From the NCBI RefSeq assembly GCF_004010195.1, contig NC_057719.1, positions 44,371,054 through 44,394,483 on the forward strand: 23,430 nt of DNA, read 5' to 3'. Under the pieces are notes generated by a model, which worked only from the letters and a program-made list of their open reading frames with translations, did no database searches and was not told where the DNA came from. This stretch comes from Chiloscyllium plagiosum (Eukaryota). The position numbers and the translations under genes were made by a program. This document shows, piece by piece, positions 1 to 11,680 of this stretch (the stretch's first letter is position 1; the number at the start of each line of letters is the position of its first letter).

Positions 1-692
1 CCTCGAATTTTGGTGTTGTCTACAAACTTACTAACTATACCTCTTATGCTCACATCCAAATAATTTCTATAAATTACAAAAAGCAGTGGATCCTGCATCG
101 AACCTTGTGTCACAGTGCTAGTTACAGGCCTCCAGTCTGAAAAGCAATCCTCCACCACCACCACCCTCTAACTTCTATATTCGAGCCAGTTCTGTATCCA
201 AATAGCTAGTTGTTCCTTTATTCCATGGTGATCTAACTTTGCTAACCAGTCTACCATGAGGAACCTTGACAAACACCTTACTGAAGTCCATTTAGATCAT
301 ATCCACTGCTCTGCCTTAATCAACCTTCTTTGTTACTTCTTCAAAAAACTCAAATCAAGTTTGTAAGACACAATTCCCCACACAAAAAACCATGTTGACT
401 ATTCCTAATCAGTCCTTGCCTTTCCAAATGCATGTTAATCCTGTCCCTCAGGATTTCCCATCAACAACTTGCCCACCATAGAGTTCTAAAGTACACCAGA
501 TCAGGTCCCAGGGATTTATCCACTTCTTTGCATTTTAAGACATCCAGCATGACCTCCACTGTAATATAGACATTTTTCAAGACGTTGCTATTTATTCTCC
601 TATGTTCTCTATCTTCCATATCCTTCTCCACAGTAAACACTGATGCAAAATACTCATTTAGTATCTCCCCATCTCCTGCAGTTCCACACAGG
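1..692 (-). mobile_element. CR1 LINE ORF2 fragment (RT region), decayed, with an internal deletion near 478; runs off the window edge
   Basis: The reverse complement shows degenerate PQGS and F(A/V)DDTK-type RT motifs, FSKxFxKVPH, and an upstream 'VDKSLGPD' linker typical of CR1 ORF2. Confidence 0.85.
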
Positions 693-941
693 TGGCCTTA
701 AGAAAAGCCGTAAATAATTACAGTCCAAATTCTTTGCTCGGCTTTAATTCAACAGTATCATTAGCAAAAGGCCTCAACATGTAACTTTATAATGACGAGG
801 GCAAAGTGAAAATAGTTATTCACTGGAAGTACTACCTCACACTTAAACACAACTCCTCTGCAGACAGGTGGTCAGGAAAGCACTTTGACTTCTTCTAAAG
901 AAAAAGGATATCACAAGCTTTTTGGTTCTTAATTACTTTCA

Positions 942-1163
<222 letters not shown>

Positions 1164-1200
1164 CTACAATGTGCTTCTCAACTTAAAATCTAAACGTAAT

Positions 1201-1404
1201 TGAGATAAGTGCACCAAGGCCAATATCCTGTCACCAAGTCACTCTTTATTTACTTGTGCACAATACACTGGCTCTCCTAGCCAGCTTGGAGAGTGTCCCC
1301 TGAACTGAGGAGATCTAATCTCCTGGTTATATTATCAGCCAGCGCTTTCCTAATCAATAACTCCAATCAAACAACCTCGTTTCAATCTGGTTTCAATCAC
1401 TATA
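1201..1404 (-). repeat. 3' LTR of the Gypsy element
   Basis: Colinear with 6079-6293 (gcacc-aggc, tttatt-acttgt, aatacactggct, tgaactgaggaga, ccaatcaa, caatcacta). Many substitutions and one short deletion. Confidence 0.9.
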
Positions 1405-4400
1405 TCTCTTGCTCACCCCCCAGCCCCAAAGTCCAGGGATGTAGGCCTGGTCTTTGGCTTGTAGCTTTTTGCCCCAAGTCTGGTTCCTCTGATTCAGACT
1501 CTGGCACGGGCAGCATGTAACAGACCATAGCCTGGCTCTGGCGTTCAGAGCGTCTCAGGAGAATTTCCTTCTCTTCTTCCGGCGGTAATGGTATCGAGGC
1601 CGCATCCATCTCAGACTCTGAGGTTTGCTTGTCACTAAACAGAGAGGGAGAATCCAGGGTTTCTGGCAAGTCTTCTGGCTGTTCTGAGGGGCCAGGTATG
1701 TTTTGCTCCTGCCCTGTTTGCGAGGTAATAGTTTTCAGGTGACCCACGTTTGTTCAGAAGTGTATCACCTACCCGAACTTTGTAAATGACAGGTGTCACA
1801 AAGCTAGTACCTTTTTCTTCTAAAAGTTGTTCCTTGGCTCAAGGAGACTCTGTCCTTGATTTCTTTCAGAGGGGTAATAAACCGGGCCAGGCTCCGATCA
1901 GTCTGGTTTGGTACAGAGATGGAAAGGATCTTTAGAGGCCTTTTGTTTATATGTAAACAGATGAGACTTCAGGCCAAAGTGGTCATATTTTAGAAGTGAC
2001 CTGTATAATGAAAGAGGAGTGGTCAGCTCTCTAGCTAGCTGAGCAGTTTTAGTTCAGTCTTGAACTGGTTGGATGTTCAACAGGGAGCTGTGTGGAATCA
2101 CTCTCTCTCTTTTCTGCCCTTCAACTTCAACCTGTCAGCATGTGTTGTATTTATACTGGATTTTAAAGGGAGTTTGTTTATTGGGACTGTTGTGTATATT
2201 CACAACAGCATAATTAAGTCTAGTTGGATAGATTGAGTTCTGTAGGGGTTTTTTATTCTGTTCTTTGTGTTTCATTGTGTAATTTTGTGAATAAATGTTT
2301 GTCTGTTTTAAAATCTATTAGTCAACCTAGCTAACTTAATCCGGGTAATTTTCACTGTACACTTACTGAAACAAATTGCAAAGTTATGGTCTGAGCTGCC
2401 TGCTCAAGAATGTTTTGAGTGGTCTGGCTTAGTCCATAACACAGGACCTGACCTTGCATCAACCTTCACTCGTACCTATGCAGGGCCATTTCCATAGTTC
2501 CAGCACAAAACTTTGTCCCCTGAATTAAATTGTCTCTCTTGCTTAGAGTCAGCATGTGGCTGGCATTGGTGTTCCTGCTGCTATTTCACATCCCCCTTCC
2601 AAAAATATCAGGTATAACCTGGTGCGGAGTCTTTTCCCAATCAGCAACTCTTTGGGAGCTATCTCTGCTCCTGTGTGTAGGGTAATCCTATAATCAAACA
2701 GTAACTGGGATAGTTTGGTATCAATTGACATTGTAGGCTGCTTCATTAAGCCTGCTTTCAACATTTGGACCGCTCTTTCTGCTAGACATTGGAAGAGGTG
2801 TGGTATGGAGTTGTCCTTATGTGCTGAATGCCATTGGACTTTAGGAAGTTTTCAAATTCCCAGCTGGTAAAGGACATCCCATTATCCATGGCTAATACTT
2901 CAGTGGCTCAGTGTATTTTGAACGATGCTCACAGCTTCACAATCGTCATGTGAGTTTGCCAAATGAACTTTATGCACGTCCAACCACTTTGAATGGGTGT
3001 CCACAATGACCAGAAACATTGAGCCTGAGAAAGGACCAGCATAGTCAACATGCAAATGAGTCCAGGGTTTTGCCAGTCATTCCCACAAATTTGGGGGTTT
3101 TGCTGGGTGGCAGTTTTTGTCTATGTTGGCACTCTGGGCACTGCCCCACCAACGCAGCTAAGTCATCATCCAACTCTGGCCACCAGACATAGCCTATTAC
3201 TAGCATCTTCATCTTGAAAATTCCTGGATGACCCTGGTGGAGTTCAGCCAGTATCTGACCTTTATTCAGGCCAATCACTCATTTTTACCCCACAGTAATA
3301 TGTCATCCTCTATGAAGATCTGGTCTCACCGGATCCAGAATGTTCCAATCTGTTTCTCTGCTGTTTCCCAGATTACCACCAGCTACTTTTAGTTTCGCTG
3401 GGACCGGATCTTTTTGTGTCCACGGTCAGGTATTGTCAGTGGTGACTGGAAGGGTGTCCAGGAAGTTCAAAACCAAAACGGGGAGGCAACACTAGTTGAG
3501 TAACTGCCGACAGGGTGCGGCTCAAGGCATCTGCATTTGCCACTTGGCTTCCTGGATGGTGTTCTAATTTGTATGCGCTGAGAAAAAAAAGGGCACAACA
3601 CTGATTTCTACCAGAAGCTATGGACGGCATCAGTAGCCTTAGCAAAGATAAGTGATCTGTTACTAATGACAAATTCCTGTCCATTAAGGCACTGGTGAAA
3701 TGTCCTCACACCAAAGATGATCACCAAACCTTCGTTCTCTATCTAGGCATGTTTGCATTGGCATTAGACAAAGTCCAGGAAGCATACACTGTTGTGTGTT
3801 CCTTTCTACTGGTTCACCAGTGAGCTAACATTATCTCAATTCTGAGCTGGGAGGCATTGCATGTCAGCACTACCCATCTCTTTGGATTGTAGTTGGCCAA
3901 TACCTTAGATGACAATAGCTTCTTTTTCAATTCCCTAAAGGCTGTTTCTTGGCTATGCAACCATTTCCAAGACTGACACTTTTTCAATAGCAGGTGTATG
4001 GGTGCCAAGATGGAGGCCCAGGCCATGCATGAATTTTCTGTAATAATTCACTAACCCAAGGAAAGACCTAAGCTCTGGTACAGACATGTACCGGGGCTCT
4101 TTCCATCACACTGTCTTTCTCTTCCAATGGGTGTAACCTGGTTTTGTTGACTCTGTAACCCAGGTAGGTCACTGTGTGTTTGTCTGAAACACGTATTTTT
4201 TCCTTCTAAGGCTTATACCTGCTGGAGAAATATTTAAGTACTATGTCCAAGTTCTCCAAGTACATGTTATTGGTCTTCCCTGTCATTAATACGTCATCAA
4301 GATAGATGGCAACCTGAGGTAGCCCCTGTAAAATGCTCTCCATGGTCTGCTGGAAAAGGGCACAGGCTGATGATACCAGGTCTTGCATATGGATATAAAC

Positions 4401-5993
4401 CCTTATGGGTATTAATTGTAGCATACTTCTGGGACTTGTCATCCAGTCACAATTGCAGGGAGGCGTGTCTCATGTCCTGCTTCGTAAAGGATAAACTTCC
4501 TGGCAACTTTGTGCATCATGCGAGGGATCGGGTACTTATCCGGCTGCAAGTAGTTTACCATTTGCCTGAAGTCCCCACAAAGACGAACTGAGCCATTAGC
4601 TTCACAATTGGTTCAACCAGTGCTGCCCATTCTGTAAACTGGACTGGTTTGATGATTCCTGCACTCTCCAGACTCCTGATTTCTGCCTCTACTTTTGCCC
4701 ACAAGGCAAATGGCAATGGACAGCCTTGCAAAATCGTGGAATTGCCTACTGGTCGACATAAAGTGGCTTTGGTTCTTTTGATAGTCAAAAGTTCTTCCTG
4801 AAATACTCCTGGGTATTTCACAAGGACTTCACTGAGGCAGCCATTTTCTAATCAAAAAATGTTGAGACAATCAGATGAATCTTTCTCAATCAATTCTGCC
4901 CCAACAGGCTTGGGCTCGAGCCTTTGCTACTACCAGTGGTAACTGCACCAATTGCTTCTCATGGGAGACTGGAACCAAAATCGCACCTTTAATCTGCGAT
5001 GAGTCCCCAGTGTATGCTCACAGTCTAGCTGACGTCTTGTGCAAACTTAAGGGTTGGAATCCCGAGCGAATCTTGTTAAAGACTAATTTCGCAACCACAT
5101 ACAGTTGCGCTAGCATCGACCTCCTTAAGAACAGGGTGACCATTTAAATAAACATTCATTTTAATTGGCTCCGAGCCACATGAAGCGGGACATTCCATGG
5201 TTCGCATTCTCCTGGGTACTGGCTTACAAATTTTCTTTCTCAAGTCAGGTTTTGTAGGACTCCTTTGGTGTCTCTAGTCCACATTTGGGCTTGCCGGCCC
5301 AAATTCTGAAGAATTTGTTAGCCACTTGGCTGAGGCTCAGCTTTGTTGTGGGGTTCTGCTTTGAGCTGGCCAAAGGTCCCTCTACCAGGATATGCCCTAT
5401 GTGAGGCTCTGCGATTGTCTACACTGAAATGGTGTTTCCCAAGTTCAGAAGGAGAGGTGAGGGAGTCCACTTCCATTGGGACGCCCTATAGCTCCCATGC
5501 TCCACTGCCACAGTTTTTTAATGACAACACTAGTAGTGCCAGTTTGAAGTCCAGGTGGGCTTCAGCCAGTAAGCTTTACACATGGTTACATCAATAATCC
5601 CACATACCAAATGGTCTCTCAGCATCTCATTCAGTGTTAACCCAAAATCATGTCTCTGCCGGTTGTCTCAACCTCGTCAAAAATCCCAAAACGGATTCCC
5701 CGAGTTCTGTAACAGCTGAATGAAGTCTCAGAATTAGAGGAGGTTTGAGGTCGTAATATTCTTTAAATAACTCAATCAATTCTTGGAAGGTTTTAGTGTC
5801 CAGTGCCTCTGGGAAAGTTAAGCCCCTGAAAAGTGGAGAATGCCGCGGGTCTGCAAGCAGCCAAAAGAATTACTCATTACTTCTCATCTGCCCCAATGCT
5901 ATTTGCACAGAAAATGTATTGCATTCTTTCCACATACTGGGCCCAGTCTTTGGCAGCAGGATTAAATGAACCTAGCTTCCTAAATAAAGGCAT
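1405..5993 (-). pseudogene. gag-pol pseudogene of the Gypsy element (many stops and frameshifts)
   Basis: Gag start MPLFRKLGSFNPAAKDWAQYVERM at 5993. RT 'FQQTMESILQGLPQVAIYLDDVL'. RNase H 'VVLTCNAS' and 'VANADALSR'. Integrase zinc finger 'LHQGHPG...YVWWP...CPECQ'. Integrase core 'LLFDYRITLH'. Confidence 0.9.
1794..2441 (+). mobile_element. Solo LTR of a second LTR-retrotransposon family, nested in the integrase C-terminus
   Basis: TGTCACA...ATAACA termini. 4-bp TSD CAGG at 1790-1793 and 2442-2445. AATAAA near 2290 on +. Removing it restores host frame KVDARSGPVIYKVRVG. Confidence 0.88.
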
Positions 5994-6078
5994 GATGCCA
6001 GAAATGTTTACCCCAACTCCAAGATGACTGTAGCAAGCAAATGTTCTTCAGGCACATCTTATTTTCTTTCGTCACTAC

Positions 6079-6293
6079 TGAAATGACTGCACCGAGGCTG
6101 GTATACTGTCATCACATTACCCTTTATTCACTTGTACATAATACACTGGCTGTGGCCAGCCAGCTTGAAGTCAGTCAGTTGAACTGAGGAGACCTCAACT
6201 CCTAGTTATATTGGTCAGCCAGGGTTTTCCTGATTAACAACCCCAATCAACGACCTCGTAGTCAGTAAGGTCAACCTGGTTCCAATCACTACA
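6079..6293 (-). repeat. 5' LTR of the Gypsy element
   Basis: TGTAGTGATTGG...CATTTCA on the minus strand with TG..CA ends. AATAAA (minus) at 6123-6128. Confidence 0.9.
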
Positions 6294-6548
6294 GTAATTT
6301 AGTGTTCACTTCCATATATACAATCAATTATGCGGAGCTGGTAGGTAGAATTGTCACATTTTGTGAAATTGTCCTTTGTTACTGAACCTACATAAGAGCT
6401 ATGCAAAAAAGTCAAATACTTCTTCCTCCTTTCCCTTGGAAACACAGCTCATTCCTCAAGCACATTGGTGTAAATAAAAGTACATCAAAACTGACCCAAG
6501 AGAGGTGCTTGTGGCACTATTCCCTCATATGTTGATCTCATGTATCTC

Positions 6549-6875
6549 AGACCTCAGCTAGACTGTGAGAATACACTGGGGACTCATTGCAGATTAAAGG
6601 TGCGACTTTGGTTCCAGTCTCCCATGAGAAGCAGTTGGTGCAGTTACCACTGCTGGTAGCAAAGGCTCGAGCCCAAGCCTGTTGGGGCAGAATTGATTGA
6701 GAAAGATTCATCTGATTGTCTCAACATTTTTTGATTAGAAAGTGGCTGCCTCAGTGAAGTCCTTGTGAAATACCCAGGAGTATTTCAGGAAGAGCTTGTG
6801 ACTATCAAAAGGACCAAAGCCAGTTTATGTTGACCAGGAGGCAATTCCACGATTTTGCAAGGCTGCCTAGTGCCA
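6549..6875 (+). repeat. Inverted duplicate of 4711-5037 (protease/RT junction of the adjacent Gypsy element)
   Basis: 327 bp, colinear reverse complement with scattered substitutions only. It shares the donor's stop codons and frameshift. Confidence 0.92.
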
Positions 6876-7371
6876 GCTTCAAATATAACATTTACAGGAT
6901 TGGCTGAGAGAAGCTACCAGGAAGAATCAGGGAACACTGTCTTCCTGATGACTGATCCTAATAAAATCAATGAAAATTACACTGGGTTACTGTAGATGCA
7001 ATGTAGGAAGCTTAATTTTGACAACTGAATTTCTTACTCATACTCACATTCTGTACTACGATGTATTACTTCAAAATAGCAACTACATTTCCACATGCTA
7101 ATGCAGAGAGATTGCTTTTATTTTTGTCTGCAGCTACAATTCTAGATATACACCTTCACTAAAGAGGAGGAAAAGTGTCAAATTAGCTGCTGCGTTAACT
7201 TTCAGGATTAAGTATAACTTATAATAATTTTATTACCCATCCAGCAAAAATTAAACCAAAGGAAACACCTTATTTCATTACAGCTATTGACTATTCAAAT
7301 ATATTGGAACTTTTATGACTTTGTAACATTAGAACATTTTTCATCAAGTTTTAATGCTATTACAAAAGTAA

Positions 7372-7550
7372 AGATCATTGAATATATTTAAGGTTGCGAT
7401 AGATTTTTTGATATCTCAGAAAGTTAAAGCATGTCAGGAGTGGACTGGAAGTTGGAACTAAAACCCAAGGTCACCACAATAATAGTAAATGGGGGAGAAA
7501 GGTTGCTAGGCCATGTGGCCTACTCTTGCTGTTATTTCTTGTATTCTTGT
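7372..7550 (+). mobile_element. Old CR1/L2-type LINE 3' end remnant
   Basis: 'ttgaatatatttaagg...gatagattttt' through 'ggcctactcttgct...ttcttgtattctt' resembles elasmobranch LINE 3' UTRs. Heavily diverged. Confidence 0.5.
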
Positions 7551-7914
7551 ACAGATTGTACAGATAAAACTAGAAAGACAATTGTGAACTCTTAGCAAAC
7601 TGTAAATAGTAATCTGCAAAAACTGCTTTACAGTCTATTTATTACCCTGAAGCAAGAGATCCCAAGTTTAGGAGGGCTTGTAAATTAATTACGGCAGCTT
7701 TCAAAGGCTGAGAAGTCATGCCAAAACATAGATAAGACTGTTTACGTTCTCCAGAGAAAACAAAAATTGAAAATGTCATTCAATGGGCCTAGCAATTAAC
7801 AAGCTCCTTAAGGAGCTTCAGGCACCAAAAATTCCCTGTATTCCGCCACACAATCTCTGGTATCATAATTTTTTAAAACCTGCCCATTCCTCATTCTTTG
7901 AAAGTTCTGGGTCA

Positions 7915-8405
<491 letters not shown>

Positions 8406-8839
8406 ATTTAACAAGTCAGAAATACACTAACATCTGATTAATACACATCATTAGAGACACAATAGCAGGCTTTAAAACTAATGACTGACAACCTCGGAAA
8501 GTATATGGTAATTATCATCCTCATATAGCATAATACAGTATATTTTTAAAACATTACCATAGGTTGAAGTTGCATGGAGAACTGTGCCTTTCAAGGTAAC
8601 TTTTTTTAGACATGGACACCCTTTTGTTCCATCTGTGGTTACTGTCAATAATCTATTTGGGATTTGTCAGTAATATGGCTAGAATTAAATCAAAGAGACT
8701 GAATATGCACTTTGCAAGGTTTTAAAAAAAGAGGAAAACAATGGGCCCACATTTCGCTACACAAATAAATGGAATTATTTCTACATATTAGTTTGAACAT
8801 AGTCAACAATCAAGTGCAATTCTCCAAGCACTTGCTTTA

Positions 8840-9061
<222 letters not shown>

Positions 9062-9345
9062 TCAACAAATCTTAGGATACAGTATCAAACATTTGCAGAA
9101 TGGACAATCCAACAGGAGCGACATATCAAATGTTATAATGTGCTCAGATATGCAGCTGCAGAAATGAAAGCTTGACACACATCTCCTGAGAAACAGTTTT
9201 GACAGAAAATGTCTTAGGATTGGGATTGTAAGGATGGAGTGGTAAGTTTGCATTCATTGGTGATTTGATGTCAAATGGAGATGCATGGGTCATGCAGCAT
9301 AAGGTTTAGAGCTGATTGGTTTCCAGAGGTATTATGTTTGCTGAA

Positions 9346-9679
9346 GGGGTGGCATGGTAGCAAAGTGGTTAGCACAGCACTAGGAACCTGGGTTCCATTC
9401 CACCCTCAGACAACTGTCTGTGTGGAGTTTGCACATTTTCTGTGTCTGTGAGAGTTTCCTCTGGATGCTCCAGTTTCCTCCCACTGTCCAAAGATGTGCA
9501 AGTTTGGTGCATTAGCCAAGCTAAATTATCCTGTAGTGCCCAGGTAAGAGTAGATCAGGTGCATTAGCCAAGGGAAATGCCAGGTGACAGGGTAGGGAGC
9601 TGAGTAGGATTCTCCTCAGAGGGTCGGTGTGGACTTGATGAGCTGAATGGCCTGCTTCCACACTGTCGGGATTCTATGA
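9346..9679 (+). mobile_element. tRNA-derived V-SINE (HE1-like), older copy
   Basis: GGCATGGTAGCAAAGTGGTTAGCAC head, GGGTTCCATTCC B box, TGTGTGGAGTTTGCACATT core, CR1-like tail GGCCTGCTTCCACACTGT-GGGATTCTATGA. Confidence 0.9.
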
Positions 9680-10359
9680 AGAATGAGAGATTCACGAGCT
9701 CTGTACATTTCTGTCCTTGAAACCTCAAAAGCCAGTTGTTCCTCTTCTGATACCATCATTGTTTGGTGAGAAGCATGATTCCTCTGTGTTACTGGCAGGT
9801 TCGTTACCTCCGACCTGTGAGATTGTGCAGCTGCCTACTATAATCCTAGAGATCCTCTAGATGTATACGCTCTTGCTCAATCACAGCAATCAGGCCAGCA
9901 GAACCACATGCTGTAGCCTTGTGTTAGCATGGGAAATATTGTGCAGCCTGTTGGCTGGATTTTAAAGCTTTATGCCTGGTGTCACAGTAGATTTTGAGTA
10001 GACAGACAGCCCAACATCCAGAATTAATCCCGAGAGGTGGGCTGGAGAATCAAATAGCTGTGGCACCTGAGAGTGACAGAGAATATATCAGAATTGAATA
10101 TATTCCTGGAGGATAATGTTTGTAGATCAATTGCATGCTATTGCTGAAAAAAGTTGCTTTTCATTTTGCACATAGATCAATATGCAAGAATACCAATGTA
10201 AAGGGAAAACATGGTTATATCAAATGAGAGGAGAGAACTGACTGGCTAGCGAGTGGATTCTGATTGGTGGAGGTGTTGCTTTTGAGAATGATGACTGGCA
10301 ATTAATTGCCAAGCTTTGTTTAACCTCTAAACCAGGCAGGTTGACTGGTCAAGGCATTG

Positions 10360-10606
10360 GCCAGTCTCCTCCAACTTATCACCATTACCTCCACTTCCAT
10401 CCACCTATTGCACTCTCAGCTACCATCCCCCCAGCCCCACACCCCTCCCATTTATCTCTCCACCCATTCGGCTCACAGCCTCATTCCTGATGAAGGGCTT
10501 TTGCCGTACATCGACTCTCCTACTCCTTGGCTGCTGCCTGAGTTGCTGTGCTCTTCCAGCACCACACTCAGCTCTAATCTCCAGCATCTGCAGTCCTCAC
10601 TTTTGC
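10360..10606 (+). mobile_element. Penelope-like element terminal (pLTR) fragment with degenerate hammerhead core
   Basis: CTGATGAAGGGCTTTTGCC at 10487 followed by ...CCAGCATCTGCAGTCCTCACTTT. TSD CTGGTCAAGGCA(T/C)TG at 10345-10359 and 10607-10621. Confidence 0.8.
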
Positions 10607-11606
10607 CTGGTCAAGGCACTGTCTTATGATACGAACCAACAAATGAGTGTCACCAATCCTGTTGGATTGAAACAGACACTGCATGCATACATTCTGTCGA
10701 CAAAGAACAGGGCCATATGTATCAATATATTTAGTTTCCAGTAAACACAAGTATGTCACACCAAAATCCCAAATTAAACAGGGTGGACAAGATCCATGTT
10801 TCTTCCAGAAACTGAATAAACATGCCTTCCACGGTTTACCAGCTCCTCAAATAAAACCTTGTCCCTATATATGAATGGTACTTATATCACAATCTTCTTC
10901 AACCTAGATCATGCTCTCAACGCCCCTTTGCCTTCCCTAGTCTCCCTGACCTCCCCAACAATGTATTTCAGGCTGTTCTTTCTTACAACTGACTCTTCCA
11001 ATACGGAGAGACAACTCTACTCATTCTCATCCAATGTCAAAGGCAGTCTCATGTTTTCCTTATAAGGTTTAGCCAGTTGTGAAATTGAAGGCCTGTATTT
11101 TCCGTCCTCCTCCAACTTATTTGCATGATTAATCCCAAAGATTTCTGTAAATGACTTTTCAACATATGCAGATTCATTAATTACGTTCCTGCCTGCTGAG
11201 AAAATTTGGCACTTCTACCCTAAAGTCAAGAACTTGAAACCCCACTTTCCATAAGCCTTTTTCCTGCTCCCTCAGTCAACATCAAGTTCCCCAGCACCTT
11301 AAATAATCAGTAATACAGTGAGAGATTCTATACAATGGAAACTGTAAAATCTATAATTTGTATATAATCTTAATCTCATTTATTTCAGAGTTTGGATTTA
11401 AGGTAGTGGCATGTGGTCTTTAGGCTGTGTCTGGAGATGTTTACTAATTAACTTGTAAGTACTCCTGTAGCCATGATGATTTCTTTTAAGAAACAGTCGG
11501 GGAGAAAGAGTTCCAGTGTTAATAGGGCTATCTTTTTCACTGGTAAAGCTTTTACGAGTGAACAAAGTAAATAGGTGGCAGTTCAGGCAGCATCTGAGGA
11601 GCAGTA

Positions 11607-11643
11607 AAATCGACGATTCGGGCAAAAGCCCTTCATCAGGAAT
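11607..11643 (-). ncRNA. Minimal hammerhead ribozyme-like motif in the pLTR, probably inactive (GAAAC changed to GAATC)
   Basis: ATTC-CTGATGA-A-GGGC-TTTT-GCCC-GAA-T-CGTC-GATT: CUGAUGA core, 4-bp stem II, GAA and GUC triplet. The sister copy at 17625-17680 has the intact GAAACGTC. Confidence 0.65.
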
Positions 11644-11680
11644 AAAGGCAGAGAGCCTGAAGGGTGGAGAGATAAGCTAG

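Larger units (their letters stand above)
1201..6293 (-). mobile_element. Full-length decayed Ty3/Gypsy LTR retrotransposon (K02A2.6-like, probably Mag clade)
   Basis: Homologous LTRs at 1201-1404 and 6079-6293. 5-bp TSD GTAAT at 1196-1200 and 6294-6298. Degenerate PBS (TAGTGACGA, compare TGGCGACGA) next to the 5' LTR. Purine-rich tract next to the 3' LTR. Domain order gag-PR-RT-RH-IN. Confidence 0.93.

Noticed and set aside
10625..11200. Stop-poor minus-strand frame (RNVINESAYVEKSFTEIFGINHANK...)
   Set aside because: It has several stops and no motif I recognise, and it does not match the expected upstream TRIM9 exon. It may be a decayed transposon; tBLASTx would be needed.
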